A stretch of 64,000 nt of DNA from an uncultured Candidatus Saccharibacteria bacterium (GTDB taxonomy: Bacteria; Patescibacteriota; Minisyncoccia; Phycocordibacterales; UBA12088). The translations under genes and the position numbers were made by a program. The notes beneath the pieces were generated by a model. The model did not search any database and was not told where the DNA came from. It saw nothing but the letters and a program-made list of their open reading frames with translations. Shown here in pieces: positions 1-9,846 of the stretch. The number at the start of each line of letters is the position of its first letter. Position 1 is the first letter of the stretch. The stretch spans positions 395,723-459,722 of the forward strand of contig CAZMLK010000001.1 in assembly GCA_964567265.1 (NCBI GenBank). Direction: 5' to 3'.

Positions 1-1
1 C

Positions 2-538
2 ATCTTCAATATCGACCGCCTCAATTGGTACAATCGCGAATACTTGAAACGGCTTCCGGAAGATGAGCGGCGGCGGTCGGTACTTGAGACGCTCGCGGAC
101 ATGCCGGCACTCGCAGAAGTGTTCGGGCGGAGTCCCTCGCTGGTTTCAGACGCCCTCGGCCGGGTGAATACCATTCTTGAGATCCGGTCACTTGCCGAAA
201 GCGGTGAATTCTCTTACTGCACCGAAAAGCCAAGCATAGAGAAGGAGAAGCTGCCTTGGAAGGGAGCGGATGCAGGGGACACCCGCCTTCACCTCACGGA
301 GGTGTGCACACGCATTGAATCGATTCCCGAAGATTCATTCAGTGCGGAGGCGGTAAAGACCGCAGTCATGCCGTATGCTGAAATGCAATTAGAAGGGAAG
401 GGGAAGGGGCTTGTCCTCTGGCCCATGCGCTATGCCCTTTCCGGACGAGACCGCTCCCCTGATCCATTTACGTTGTCAGAGGCGCTTGGAAGAAATGAGA
501 CACTTGCACGTCTTCAATCAGCAGTGGAACAACTATAG
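2..538 (+). CDS. gltX: glutamyl-tRNA synthetase, C-terminal part (5' end outside window)
   Basis: Frame is open from the window edge. IFNIDRLNWYNREYLK ... GLVLWPMRYALSGRDRSPDPF ... LGRNETLARL resembles the GluRS anticodon-binding C-terminus. Same frame as track ORF 44..538. Confidence 0.8.
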   Translation: MFNIDRLNWYNREYLKRLPEDERRRSVLETLADMPALAEVFGRSPSLVSDALGRVNTILEIRSLAESGEFSYCTEKPSIEKEKLPWKGADAGDTRLHLTEVCTRIESIPEDSFSAEAVKTAVMPYAEMQLEGKGKGLVLWPMRYALSGRDRSPDPFTLSEALGRNETLARLQSAVEQL

Positions 539-544
539 GCATCC

Positions 545-1882
545 ATGGGTGATCTCCGAATATACATATCAATCTGGGTTCTTTCGATGGGCCTTTTCCT
601 GATTCCAGCCACAGGCAAAATCTTTGCAGAGACGGTCGACGAGCTCAAGACTCGCATTGACGACCGTGCGTCGAAGATTGCGGAGCTGGAGGCGGACATT
701 AAGAAATACCAGGAACAGCTGCAGGAAGTCGGCAAGCAGAAACAGACACTCCAACAGGCTGTACAGACCATCGACATTTCCAGGAAAAAAATCTCTACGG
801 ACATCAAGATCACCGAGAACCGCATCCAGACCACGGCGGATCAGATTGCCGAGCTTTCATACCAGATCGGAGACAAGGAGACCACCATCTCGAAAGATAT
901 TTCAGCAGTCAAGGAGGCGCTTCGGAGCGTCGAGCTCCAAGAATCGAACTCCAATCTCGAGACATTCCTCGCGCACGACTCACTTTCTGATTATTGGGAT
1001 TCGCTCGAATCTCTCGAAGCCTTCCAGGGCGCGCTCCGGAGCGATATCGTCAGGCTCGTGACCAAGAAAGAGGAACTCGAAGGCGCGAAGAAAAGCACGG
1101 AAGAAAAGAAGCAGACGCTGACGAGCCTCCAGAACCAGCTCGGCGGACAAAAGTCCCTGCTCGATAACAACCGCCGCGAGAAGGATGCGCTCCTGGCGCA
1201 GACAAAGAACCAGGAATCGAATTATCAAAAAACGCTTGCAGAAAAAAAGAAGGCCAAGGAGCAATTTGAAAAGGAGCTTGCAGACTACGAGTCCAAGCTG
1301 AAGTTTGCACTCGACCCCTCCTCCATTCCAAAGGTCGGAGCGGGCGTGCTGTCCTGGCCGTTTGAAACGACCTACATGCAAGGGTGTACTGCTTTCCAAG
1401 GCGCGCTCGGCAACGCAAATTGCGTCACGCAGATGTTCGGCAATACCGCATTTGCCAAGGCCGGTGCCTACAGCGGCAAGGGTCATAATGGCATCGACTT
1501 CCGCGCCCCGACCGGCACCAAGATCCTTGCCGTCCTCTCAGGAACGGTCATCGGGACAGGGAATACGGATGAGGTCCGCGGATGCTATTCCTACGGGAAA
1601 TGGGTCCTAGTCCGCCATGGGAACGGCTTGACCTCCCTGTATGCCCATTTGTCCTATATCGGCGTCTCAGAGGGCCAGGCGGTCTCTACAGGCGATTCCT
1701 TGGGCTTCAGTGGGGCTACCGGCTATGCCACGGGCCCGCACCTTCATTTCGGCCTCTATGCGAGCCCTGGGGTAAAAATCATCCGCCTCACGGAATTCAC
1801 CGGCAAATCGACCCCATGCGGCAACGTGAAGCTTCCGGTTGCAGGGCTTGAAGCGTACCTGAACCCGCTCCTGTATCTCTAA
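545..1882 (+). CDS. M23 family metallopeptidase with N-terminal signal/anchor and long coiled coil (EnvC-like murein endopeptidase)
   Basis: C-terminus GHNGIDFRAPTGTKILAV ... YAHLSYIGV ... GPHLHFGLY matches the M23 signature. The N-terminal ~250 aa are heptad-like and K/E/Q-rich. Confidence 0.85.
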   Translation: MGDLRIYISIWVLSMGLFLIPATGKIFAETVDELKTRIDDRASKIAELEADIKKYQEQLQEVGKQKQTLQQAVQTIDISRKKISTDIKITENRIQTTADQIAELSYQIGDKETTISKDISAVKEALRSVELQESNSNLETFLAHDSLSDYWDSLESLEAFQGALRSDIVRLVTKKEELEGAKKSTEEKKQTLTSLQNQLGGQKSLLDNNRREKDALLAQTKNQESNYQKTLAEKKKAKEQFEKELADYESKLKFALDPSSIPKVGAGVLSWPFETTYMQGCTAFQGALGNANCVTQMFGNTAFAKAGAYSGKGHNGIDFRAPTGTKILAVLSGTVIGTGNTDEVRGCYSYGKWVLVRHGNGLTSLYAHLSYIGVSEGQAVSTGDSLGFSGATGYATGPHLHFGLYASPGVKIIRLTEFTGKSTPCGNVKLPVAGLEAYLNPLLYL

Positions 1883-2076
1883 AAATTTATACTGTTCGTT
1901 AAGAAATTCCCGAGGAATATCCCCGGGATTTTTTATTTTGCAGCAGGGAACATGAGGCGGATTTTTACGCTGACTTATCCACATACTGATTGCCGCCCAC
2001 GTAACCGGCTGCCGCATCGTTCTATACTTAGCCTGAGCCTGTCGGGCTCGCTTATAAGAAATTTCATATCGGTAAC

Positions 2077-2316
2077 ATGCACTCGAAGCTTCACATGGTG
2101 ACTTTTATTCTTCTCATCATCGGCGGACTCAACTGGCTGTTGTACGCGCTCGGCTACAATCTCGTCGGCATGGTATTCGGAGGATTCCTGAGTGGGATGC
2201 TTGAGGACCTTATCTACATACTCGTCGGCCTCTCAGCGATCTATGAAGCGGCGACGCACAAGAAAAATTGTCGCATGTGCGACCCAGGCGGAGATAAGCA
2301 GGCACCGGCAGCGTAA
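2077..2316 (+). CDS. DUF378-like small membrane protein
   Basis: IIGGLNWLLYALGYNLVGMVFG ... LIYILVGLSAIYE, a two-TM pattern typical of DUF378. Followed by a terminator hairpin. Confidence 0.65.
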   Translation: MHSKLHMVTFILLIIGGLNWLLYALGYNLVGMVFGGFLSGMLEDLIYILVGLSAIYEAATHKKNCRMCDPGGDKQAPAA

Positions 2317-2340
2317 GATTCTCTAAGCTAAAATGAAGCA

Positions 2341-2371
2341 ATGACCGGCAACTTGCCGGTCATTGCTTTTT
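2341..2371 (+). terminator. rho-independent terminator
   Basis: ATGACCGGC-aactt-GCCGGTCAT followed by TGCTTTTT. Confidence 0.7.
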
Positions 2372-2758
2372 AGCTCAGAATACGTGTGGAAAATCATTCG
2401 AAGCGGCTTTCAACGAAATGGAACAGATGCTGTGTCGAAGAATCGCAAGAATAGCAAGCCTACACCCGCACAACCCGATCTCGTCAACGCCCTCTGCGAA
2501 GTCTTATCCAACCGACACGACAAGAAGCGCGGACGCACCGTGACACCTCTTCTGGTCTATCTCGATGCATATGGATGGTATCGCATCGAAGATGCTGAGA
2601 ATAGAAAAGACTTGCGTTGCCGGATCAAGCTCGAGGTCAAAGAATATTCACTGACGGGGAATATTCCAGAAATAGTTTCAGAATTCTGTGCGCGCCAACT
2701 CAGATATTATTCGGGGAAGGGCGCGATCTACACTTCGAATAACGGACGGAAGGCCTAG
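2363..2758 (+). CDS. hypothetical protein (start uncertain)
   Basis: 131-aa ORF ending inside a strong hairpin terminator. No recognised motif. The TTG start overlaps the upstream terminator, so the true start may be downstream (GTG near 2384). Confidence 0.4.
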   Translation: MLFSSEYVWKIIRSGFQRNGTDAVSKNRKNSKPTPAQPDLVNALCEVLSNRHDKKRGRTVTPLLVYLDAYGWYRIEDAENRKDLRCRIKLEVKEYSLTGNIPEIVSEFCARQLRYYSGKGAIYTSNNGRKA

Positions 2759-2788
2759 CTGCAGCGCATGCAGACTAGGCCTTTATTT
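2751..2788 (+). terminator. rho-independent terminator
   Basis: AGGCCTAG ... CTAGGCCT with an inner CTGCA/TGCAG stem, then TTATTTC. Confidence 0.65.
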
Positions 2789-3078
2789 CACGCCCAATGG
2801 GTCGCAAAAGATATATTGTGCGACGCTTATGATTCTTCTTCCCTCGGGAGAAATACAGCCAAGAATTTCGTATTTCGACTTTTTGCATGCCCTGCTCTAC
2901 TTGAATGATTTGTCTGATTTTTTTGCGCGCATTATCATTGCGAAGATTCTTTTGCAGTTTTTTATTTTTTTAGAAATAAAAACTTCCCCTTTTTTGGGAA
3001 GTCCTTTTGGAATTCAGCGGGGAATACCCCTGGCATATTTTCATCACTTCCCCTTCCCTGTTATTCAAAATCGGGAAG

Positions 3079-3534
3079 TTAGGACTCCATCGAGATTATT
3101 TTTTTGAAGTGCTTTTCTGATACGGGCTGTACCGACAGCCGTGATCCCTGCGCGGTAACCGGCATCGTATTGAAGAACGGATCTGCCTTCAGCCGTACGA
3201 GCGCGATCGGCTGCTTGAATTTCCGTACGAATGCGATATCGACATTTTCCCAGATTGGCTTTTGGACTGACGCCTTCGCGTCATAGTGGCTGTCACTCCG
3301 ATCAAACTGCGTTGCGTCTAAATATGCAGTCCGTGCGACCTTGGCAACACCGACGATCGAGGGCTCGCCAGTGCTGGAATGGTAGAACAATACGCCGTCG
3401 TCTTTCTGCATCGCACGCATGAAATTCCTGGCTTGATAATTTCGAACGCCGCTCCATGCGGTTTTTTTATCGCGCCTGAGATCATCGATCGAGTAGCTGC
3501 CGGGTTCAGTCTTTACGAGCCAGTAGGTTGCCAT
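3079..3534 (-). CDS. EVE domain protein
   Basis: MATYWLVKTEPGSYSIDDL ... WSGVRNYQARNFMRAM..GD.VLFYHS is the classic EVE/PUA-like N-terminus. Start moved to the internal ATG of track ORF 3079..3672. Confidence 0.8.
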   Translation of the reverse strand: MATYWLVKTEPGSYSIDDLRRDKKTAWSGVRNYQARNFMRAMQKDDGVLFYHSSTGEPSIVGVAKVARTAYLDATQFDRSDSHYDAKASVQKPIWENVDIAFVRKFKQPIALVRLKADPFFNTMPVTAQGSRLSVQPVSEKHFKKIISMES

Positions 3535-3572
3535 AGAGAGAGGTGTTTGGTCAGTATATCGAATCCGCAAAT

Positions 3573-3610
3573 AACAAACCACCCGCCGAATACTCGGCGG
3601 GTGGTTTGTT
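3573..3610 (-). terminator. hairpin terminator of the lysozyme-like gene
   Basis: Perfect 16-bp inverted repeat AACAAACCACCCGCCG-aatact-CGGCGGGTGGTTTGTT just downstream of the stop at 3618. Confidence 0.7.
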
Positions 3611-3617
3611 ATGCGTC

Positions 3618-4016
3618 TTATTTCAGCGAAATCTGTACGGACGCTTCTACGGGCTGGCTTTTCTTCCAGCACTTCGCGGATGCATTCCAGGGCTTGGTAC
3701 CCTCGCGCTCATAGAGATAGCGAGCGTAGACCATGTTCCCTTCGAGGGTGTGGAGGTCGAGACCAAGCTTCTTTGCGGTCTCCAGATGGTAGCGCTCATT
3801 GATCTGCATGACGCCGACATCGGCCGGCACCACTTCGCCCCGGAAGACCTGCCCATCGAGGGTGGTCTGGCGGAAATGCGATTCACAGCGCGCGATTTCT
3901 TTCATGACCGGAATGTCTGCAAAGTACAGGGAGACTTTCTCCTCGACCGTATACGAATCAGAATTGAGGGTCGAACTCATGCCTTCAGTTGCGGTGAGCG
4001 CAACCGGGCGGGCCAT
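3618..4016 (-). CDS. lysozyme-like / lytic transglycosylase (SLT-type) domain protein, N-terminus uncertain
   Basis: IARCESHFRQ ... VGVMQINERYH is an SLT-like catalytic Glu-Ser and MQIN motif. See the finding on the signal-peptide-like sequence upstream of the ATG. Confidence 0.65.
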   Translation of the reverse strand: MARPVALTATEGMSSTLNSDSYTVEEKVSLYFADIPVMKEIARCESHFRQTTLDGQVFRGEVVPADVGVMQINERYHLETAKKLGLDLHTLEGNMVYARYLYEREGTKPWNASAKCWKKSQPVEASVQISLK

Positions 4017-4331
4017 AGAGGACGCGAATGCGATTGCAATGAATGCAAGAATGATAAGCCTTTTCCTATGTTGGTAGCAATAAAAAATCCCGGGCCGACA
4101 CCCGAGATATCCATAAGGCTACGCGCGCTGCCAAGAGGGGTCAATACAAGGCTATTGACAGCATTCGATTTTGGGTGAATATGGCTTATATTAAGGATAT
4201 TCTGACTTTTTTCTGTGCAATGATTTTTGAGAAAGTCTGAAAAGATTATGAGCATTGCGTCAGAAAATACTATTCGCCTGCCCTTTTCCCGATTATGGCG
4301 CTATAAATCGAAAATATGCTTATAGAGAGCC

Positions 4332-4359
4332 AAAAAATACCCTAGTGAGGGTATTTTTT
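4332..4359. terminator. bidirectional terminator
   Basis: AAAAA-ATACCCT-agtg-AGGGTAT-TTTTT, just downstream of the LOG gene stop. Confidence 0.7.
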
Positions 4360-4392
4360 GGCTGGCACGGCCCGGCAAGCTTTTTATCGATT

Positions 4393-5130
4393 TCAGTTAC
4401 AGAGACGCTGTACTGCCAGCTCGTAAGCTTCTTCGACCGTATCAACGACAGTGAAGAGCTCGAGGTCGGCCGCGTCAATCGTATGACGCTTTTCGGCCAG
4501 CTCGATCCGCATCCAATCAACGAGCGGTGTCCAAAAGTCCTTGCCGATCAGATACATCGGGACAGACTTGGTCTTCTTGGTCTGGACCAGCGTCAGGAGC
4601 TCGAAAAATTCATCGAGGGTGCCGATACCCCCTGGCATGTAGAAATACGCCTCTGACGCGAACATGAGCATCAGCTTCCGAACAAAGAAGTAGTGGAAAT
4701 GGGATGAATCCGTGACATAGGGATTCAGGATCTGCTCATGCGGGAGCTCGATATTGAGCCCGACCGAATTGCCGCCGGCTTCCTTGGCACCGCGCGCGGC
4801 GCCCTCCATGATTCCTCTCCCGCCGCCAGAAATGACGGTGAAGCCTGCGCCGACCAAGAGCGCTGCCAGCTTCCGCGCCGCTGCATAGTCTGGATGATCC
4901 TCCGGGATCCGTGCTGAGCCGAATATCGTCGCCGCGAGGCTGTATTTCTTCAAGACCTCGAAACCTTCCACGAATTCTGACATCATCTTGAGGATGCGCC
5001 AGGAGTTGATATCAGCTTTCTCGCCGCGAAGAAGATCCGTGTCGACGCGACAGAGATGCGCATCATCGATGCTGGGCTTTGGTTCCGATGGAATGGTCGG
5101 TGTGGATTCTGTGTCGGATGCTGGGTTCAT
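4393..5130 (-). CDS. LOG family (TIGR00730-type) Rossmann-fold nucleotide-binding protein
   Basis: VISGGGRGIMEGAARGAKEAGG.SVGLNIELPHEQ ... PGGIGTLDEFFE are the LOG family hallmarks. Confidence 0.85.
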   Translation of the reverse strand: MNPASDTESTPTIPSEPKPSIDDAHLCRVDTDLLRGEKADINSWRILKMMSEFVEGFEVLKKYSLAATIFGSARIPEDHPDYAAARKLAALLVGAGFTVISGGGRGIMEGAARGAKEAGGNSVGLNIELPHEQILNPYVTDSSHFHYFFVRKLMLMFASEAYFYMPGGIGTLDEFFELLTLVQTKKTKSVPMYLIGKDFWTPLVDWMRIELAEKRHTIDAADLELFTVVDTVEEAYELAVQRLCN

Positions 5131-5163
5131 ATGAATTTCAGTTATGGAGACAGTATAACATTC

Positions 5164-6462
5164 CTACAGCGACTTCTCCGGCACCCGGCCGCGGTCCCGC
5201 AGAGCCTCGGCAAGCCGCTCGACTCCGCGGAGAAATGCAGCATCACGGAGCGGGATGTTCCGGTTGGTATGGAGCTGCCATACGCCTTCAAAGGCGTCTT
5301 TCATGATCGGTTCCAATTTCGCCGCGATGTCTGCGCGCGACCAATAAAAGTGGGATCTATTCTGCACCCATTCGAAGTAGGATACGGTCACGCCGCCCGC
5401 ATTCGCAAGGATATCCGGTATGACGATGCATCCATTCTTCTCGAGGATCGCATCAGCTTCCGGCGTGGTAGGCCCATTTGCAAGCTCGAGAATGATTCCC
5501 GCCCGGACCTTCCCCGCATTCCCCGCATGGATCTGACCATCCAGGGCCGCAGGGATGAGGACGTCGCACGCAGCCTCGAGAAGCTCATCATTTGAAATAA
5601 AACGGACGTCCGTTCCCTTCAGGTCGCCGAAGCCATTTTTTGAAAGCTTCTCGAATGAGCCTGCTTTCTCTTTTTCCCCCGCGATCGCGATGGGATCGAA
5701 GCCCTTCTCGCACCAGAGTGCTCCGCTGCTGTCCGAAAGCCCGACGATGCGCGCGCCCTTCTCGTGCAGCAAGCGTGCCGCGTGGAATCCTGCGTTTCCA
5801 AAACCTTGGACTGCGACACAGAGCCCTTCGAAGGAGCGCTCCACTGACTCCAGGAGCGCTTCAAGTACATAGACACCTCCCTGTGCCGTGGCAGTATCCC
5901 TGCCACGGCTTCCGCCCACAGAAAGCGGCTTGCCGGTAATCATTCCTGGCTCGCTTTTTCCGACTACTTTTTCATATTCATCGAGCATGACCGCCATGAT
6001 GTGCGCGTTTGTGTAGACATCGGGCGCGGGAATATCGGTATCGACTCCGATATAGGGCGCAAATGCCCGAGCAAATGCCCGAGCGACGTTATTGATCTCG
6101 TCCGGAGTTGCTGATTTGGGATCGAACGCCACACCCCCTTTCGCGCCGCCAAGTGGAATTCCTACGACTGCGCATTTCATCGCCATCGCGGCAGCAAGCG
6201 CGGACACCTCATCCAGATCCGCTGCGGGATGGAACCGGATGCCACCCTTATAGGGACCGCGCGCGTTATTGAATTGTACGCGATATGCCTGGAGCTCCCG
6301 CGGCTCGCCGCCAATGATCACTGAAAGCGTTGCCGTCCGAACTGCATCGGGCTTCGAAAGAATATCTGCATATGCATTTCCCAAGCCAAGCGCTGCAAGC
6401 GCTTGCTCGAGACGGGTCAGATATTGCTCGAAAGCATTCTTGGAAACGGGAATTTCATCCAT
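5164..6462 (-). CDS. gdh: Glu/Leu/Phe/Val dehydrogenase family, probable glutamate dehydrogenase
   Basis: GPYKGGIRFHP, GIPLGGAKGGV and AVQGFGNAG (the NAD(P) fold). Confidence 0.9.
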   Translation of the reverse strand: MDEIPVSKNAFEQYLTRLEQALAALGLGNAYADILSKPDAVRTATLSVIIGGEPRELQAYRVQFNNARGPYKGGIRFHPAADLDEVSALAAAMAMKCAVVGIPLGGAKGGVAFDPKSATPDEINNVARAFARAFAPYIGVDTDIPAPDVYTNAHIMAVMLDEYEKVVGKSEPGMITGKPLSVGGSRGRDTATAQGGVYVLEALLESVERSFEGLCVAVQGFGNAGFHAARLLHEKGARIVGLSDSSGALWCEKGFDPIAIAGEKEKAGSFEKLSKNGFGDLKGTDVRFISNDELLEAACDVLIPAALDGQIHAGNAGKVRAGIILELANGPTTPEADAILEKNGCIVIPDILANAGGVTVSYFEWVQNRSHFYWSRADIAAKLEPIMKDAFEGVWQLHTNRNIPLRDAAFLRGVERLAEALRDRGRVPEKSL

Positions 6463-6497
6463 GGGAATATATTGAAGAAAATGCGTATAAGCGAAGT

Positions 6498-8090
6498 TTA
6501 CGAAACGCGCGCCTCATCCTCCTTCTCTTTCAGGAAATTAAAAAATGCGTCGATGGTCCCGAGCACTTTCTTGAACGGCGTTTCCACCAGTGTATCAAGA
6601 ATCAGGACGAAAAGATTCAGGCGCGAGAACCTGAGAGAAAGCGCTCTGCCGATGCGGACCAGCGGAAGCACGAAAAGCGCCCGGAGCGCCCCTCCCCTCC
6701 CCTCTGTGCCGGAGAATACGTACCAGCGCGTGGCAATGACATTCAGTCGGAATCCGAAGTATGCGACCAGCGTGAGGAATGAGAGGAAGAGGAGGATGCC
6801 GACGATATCGAACTGAAGGAGCCTGAGCCCAGAGATAATGAGCCCGATACTGAAGAGGAAGAGCGCCAGGTACAACGCGCCGATGAAGAGAGGGGTGCTG
6901 CCTTCCGTCGATTTGAGTCGAAGCGGCACAGGCTCCTCATCAAAAAGCGCGGCCGCGACGCCGCGGACGATTTCCTTCGTATTCCGGGCGCCTGGCTGCT
7001 TGAACGTTTGCGTGATTCCAAGGAGCAGAAGGGGGTGGAAAAGCGCGTTCGTCGCGAGCGGCAGGTACTGCGGTTTCCCGTACACGAGCTGCTCGAACGG
7101 GAATTCGATGACGCCCGTCAGGATGATCTTCGTACAGAGGAGATAGACAACCGCGCGTGCGCCACCCTGTTTCGCGCGTGCGTATTCGAGGGCATAGTGC
7201 TGCTTCGCAAGCGTTTCGACCTCGGCCGCAAGCAGCGCCTGATCGCGGAACACGCGCTCGACATCGAGCCCATACCGCCTGAGGAGATCGATGATGATGG
7301 AATAAAAAATGCAGTCGTTGTGCAGCCGACCAGCGATACGCCCGTGGAGCGCGTCCGCAAGCATCGTATCAATGCTGTCGAGGAGGCGGATCAGCGCCTG
7401 CCCTTTCGGCACGTCGAGGTCTTCACTCCGTTCGAAGCCTGTCGCGAATTTCGTGAAGAGCGCATAGCGGAGCGCCATGGCGTCCTCACGCAGGAGCGAT
7501 TCCCGTACCCCGATATAGAGCTGGATATCGAATGGGATCTCCTTCCCGGCAGGCTCCTCGTCTATGAGCATGCTTCCCTGGCGTTCATGATAGAGCGATT
7601 CTGCGGCGGCCTCCCCTTCAGGAAACGGGGTGAAGAAGCGGTCGAGCTCGCAGGCTGCGAGATCAAGCATCGCGTCTTCTGCGCGTTTCCACACACGCGC
7701 GGCCTTTGGCGCGTAGAACAGGAGCGCGAGGTATTTCGAAAGGACGCTGGAGACGTAGCCTGCGGCGCTTTCGGGAACGGTGCGATTCGGGAGATAGCCG
7801 CCGCTGATGAGTTCGCGGACAAGATGCTTCCCCGCTTTTTGGAGATCCATATCCGCATCGAAATGGCGCTTGAGGATGCGGCGGAGCGCATGGCGGCGGA
7901 TCAGGTGATCATCCTTGTAATCGAGCGCGTAGCGCAGGCGCTCATACATGACGCCTGTGCGCTCCGTAACGGAATGGACCTCAATGGTCGCTTCCCTCCC
8001 CCATTCTTCGCTACCTCGAAGAGCCGCGACACTGGCAAGCTGTCGTTCGTATTCGAATAGGAGATAGGAAAAAGGTGCGGATCGCTCCAT
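6498..8090 (-). CDS. hypothetical membrane protein (large soluble N-domain, C-terminal TM bundle)
   Basis: 530-aa ORF. The C-terminal ~200 aa contain several hydrophobic helices (FIGALYLALFLFSIGLIISGL, VGILLFLSFLTLVAYFGF). No family assigned with confidence. Confidence 0.6.
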   Translation of the reverse strand: MERSAPFSYLLFEYERQLASVAALRGSEEWGREATIEVHSVTERTGVMYERLRYALDYKDDHLIRRHALRRILKRHFDADMDLQKAGKHLVRELISGGYLPNRTVPESAAGYVSSVLSKYLALLFYAPKAARVWKRAEDAMLDLAACELDRFFTPFPEGEAAAESLYHERQGSMLIDEEPAGKEIPFDIQLYIGVRESLLREDAMALRYALFTKFATGFERSEDLDVPKGQALIRLLDSIDTMLADALHGRIAGRLHNDCIFYSIIIDLLRRYGLDVERVFRDQALLAAEVETLAKQHYALEYARAKQGGARAVVYLLCTKIILTGVIEFPFEQLVYGKPQYLPLATNALFHPLLLLGITQTFKQPGARNTKEIVRGVAAALFDEEPVPLRLKSTEGSTPLFIGALYLALFLFSIGLIISGLRLLQFDIVGILLFLSFLTLVAYFGFRLNVIATRWYVFSGTEGRGGALRALFVLPLVRIGRALSLRFSRLNLFVLILDTLVETPFKKVLGTIDAFFNFLKEKEDEARVS

Positions 8091-8093
8091 AGA

Positions 8094-8681
8094 TTACAGC
8101 CAGGGAATGTCGAATTGATCGAATTCCGGCAGGAGCTTCCGGTCATAGAGGAGGCGAGAGATCACTTCTGCATGTGAGAGCGCGCCTGTGAGCGCATTGT
8201 GCGGTTCCGGCTCGCTGGGGACACCGACGTAATTGAGAATCGCATCGAGATCGAGCGCTGAACGATTGTGCGCAAGGGGTGGCGTCTGTCCGCGTTTCAC
8301 CATGTGCATGTAGGCGAGGGTGTGGGTGTCGAGCGTGCGGTACGCGAGCGTCCAGTTCTCATGGACGCGAAGCGCTGCTGCTTTTAGGAAATCGCGATCG
8401 AAGGAGACGTTCTGGCCCGCGAGCGTGTGATCCTCGATCGGCTCCTTCCACGCGAGGAATTCACGGATCAAATCCCCTTCCGTCTCCTTGGTCGGGTCGG
8501 TGATCTCATCTTCCGAGAAGCCGTTGACGCGCATCGCATCCTCCATGACATGGGCACCCTCCCAGATGCGGCATTCGCGGTAAAAGCGATTCTCGGGATG
8601 GTGAAAATCAAGCGCACCCACGGAGACGATGGAATGCTTGTCGTAATTGGTGCCTGAGGCTTCGACGTCGACGACTATCAT
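8094..8681 (-). CDS. DEDDh-type 3'-5' exonuclease (DnaQ/RNase T-like)
   Basis: VVDVEASG (ExoI), AGQNVSFDRDFL (ExoII), HNALTGALSHAEV (ExoIII, H-x4-D-like). Confidence 0.8.
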   Translation of the reverse strand: MIVVDVEASGTNYDKHSIVSVGALDFHHPENRFYRECRIWEGAHVMEDAMRVNGFSEDEITDPTKETEGDLIREFLAWKEPIEDHTLAGQNVSFDRDFLKAAALRVHENWTLAYRTLDTHTLAYMHMVKRGQTPPLAHNRSALDLDAILNYVGVPSEPEPHNALTGALSHAEVISRLLYDRKLLPEFDQFDIPWL

Positions 8682-8699
8682 TGCCCTAGTATACGTGGA

Positions 8700-8981
8700 T
8701 TATTTGGATTCGTCCTTCCCTTCTTTTTCATCCCCTGGAAAGAGGCCGTCGGCTCCGAGCCGTTCCTCGATCTTGTCGAGGAAGGTGTCCAGGTGGCGAT
8801 GCTTCCCGCGGTAGGTGCGCATCCAGGTACGGAACTTCGGTGAGAATTTGGCGAGAAGGTACACGCCGATGATGAGGAAGAAAATACCTTGGAGGAAGGG
8901 CAAGAACAGCCCCACGACCCCGAGCGCTACGAAGAACCAGCCTGCTGCGAGCGCCAAAAGTCGTATCAGAAGCGGTGCCAT
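8700..8981 (-). CDS. small membrane protein (YbaN/DUF454-like)
   Basis: Two TM helices, GWFFVALGVVGLFLPFLQGIFFLIIGVYLLAKFSPKF. The family call is tentative. Confidence 0.5.
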   Translation of the reverse strand: MAPLLIRLLALAAGWFFVALGVVGLFLPFLQGIFFLIIGVYLLAKFSPKFRTWMRTYRGKHRHLDTFLDKIEERLGADGLFPGDEKEGKDESK

Positions 8982-8989
8982 TGCCGCTA

Positions 8990-9448
8990 TTATAACCCGG
9001 GACAGTTTGCAGCCTTGTGATACCCTGCGCTTTCAGCGGCAGCACTTGAGCTGAACCAGATCTTATTCTCATCCTTGATTCGTTTCGCACCGCTGCAACT
9101 CTCAAGATAGTAGGCACTCCCGTTCTTAGAGGCGACGTACCTCCCTCCTCCGGTTCGGAGAGTAGTTGCGCCCTGCGGGAGGGAATCTTTCTTCTCAGCT
9201 ATTGCTGCTTCCGGAAGGCTCCGGACTACGGCCGCTTCCTGGCTTTTTTGGTAGATTTTGACTGGTTCTTTCGGAGGCTTCATGGAGAGTCGCCCGAGCC
9301 CAAAGGAGGCTAATCCCACCAATACGACTATCAGGGCTATGAAAAAATCCCCTGAGAGGGCCGATTTGGCCATATTCTTGCCTTTCTGGACCATTTCTTG
9401 TATAGTCATGGGACAAAAGTATTTGACCAATAGTATAGCTTTAAACAA
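8990..9448 (-). CDS. membrane-anchored protein with small C-terminal Cys-containing domain
   Basis: One TM helix ([17 protein letters not shown]). C-terminus [28 protein letters not shown]...AESAGY.KAANC is a recurrent small Y..C...F.S...A...GY...C domain. Start uncertain. Confidence 0.5.
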   Translation of the reverse strand: MFKAILLVKYFCPMTIQEMVQKGKNMAKSALSGDFFIALIVVLVGLASFGLGRLSMKPPKEPVKIYQKSQEAAVVRSLPEAAIAEKKDSLPQGATTLRTGGGRYVASKNGSAYYLESCSGAKRIKDENKIWFSSSAAAESAGYHKAANCPGL

Positions 9449-9453
9449 GACTT

Positions 9454-9726
9454 ATGGCACATCGTAAAGCAGGAGGCACCGCGAGAAACCTACGCGATTC
9501 AAACCCGAAATACCTCGGTGTGAAGCTGTATGCCGGCGAGACTGCCAAGGTCGGATCCGTCATCCTTCGTCAGCGAGGTACCCGCTATGAGCCGGGAGCA
9601 AACGTCGGTCTCGGCAAGGACCATACCCTGTTCGCCCTCAAGCCAGGCGTCGTCTCCTTCCGCACAAAGCGTAAGACACGCTTCAACGGCCAGGTGGTCC
9701 GAAAGCAGGTCGTGGACGTGAAATAA
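9454..9726 (+). CDS. rpmA: 50S ribosomal protein L27
   Basis: [24 protein letters not shown] ... ILRQRGT ... [14 protein letters not shown]. Confidence 0.95.
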   Translation: MAHRKAGGTARNLRDSNPKYLGVKLYAGETAKVGSVILRQRGTRYEPGANVGLGKDHTLFALKPGVVSFRTKRKTRFNGQVVRKQVVDVK

Positions 9727-9748
9727 TCCTCAAATTTGAACAAAAAAA

Positions 9749-9774
9749 CCGCAGGCTCTCGCCTGCGGTTTTTT
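9749..9774 (+). terminator. rho-independent terminator of rpmA
   Basis: CCGCAGGC-tctc-GCCTGCGG followed by TTTTTT. Confidence 0.85.
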
Positions 9775-9846
9775 GCATATGCTTATCAAAAGGAAACCCC
9801 GTCGCGGCATGGCCGCGATGGGGTCTTGAGACCTCCTAGGAGGTCT

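Noticed and set aside
4255-4656. 133-aa plus-strand ORF with an apparent TTGACA-like element upstream.
   Set aside because: It overlaps the well-supported LOG gene on the other strand and the bidirectional terminator, and it has no recognisable motif.
6498-8090. Labelling the 530-aa membrane protein as a 'site-specific recombinase' type (PF10136-like) protein.
   Set aside because: This rests only on a vague memory of similar architecture. I see no diagnostic motif in the sequence, so it is left as a hypothetical membrane protein.
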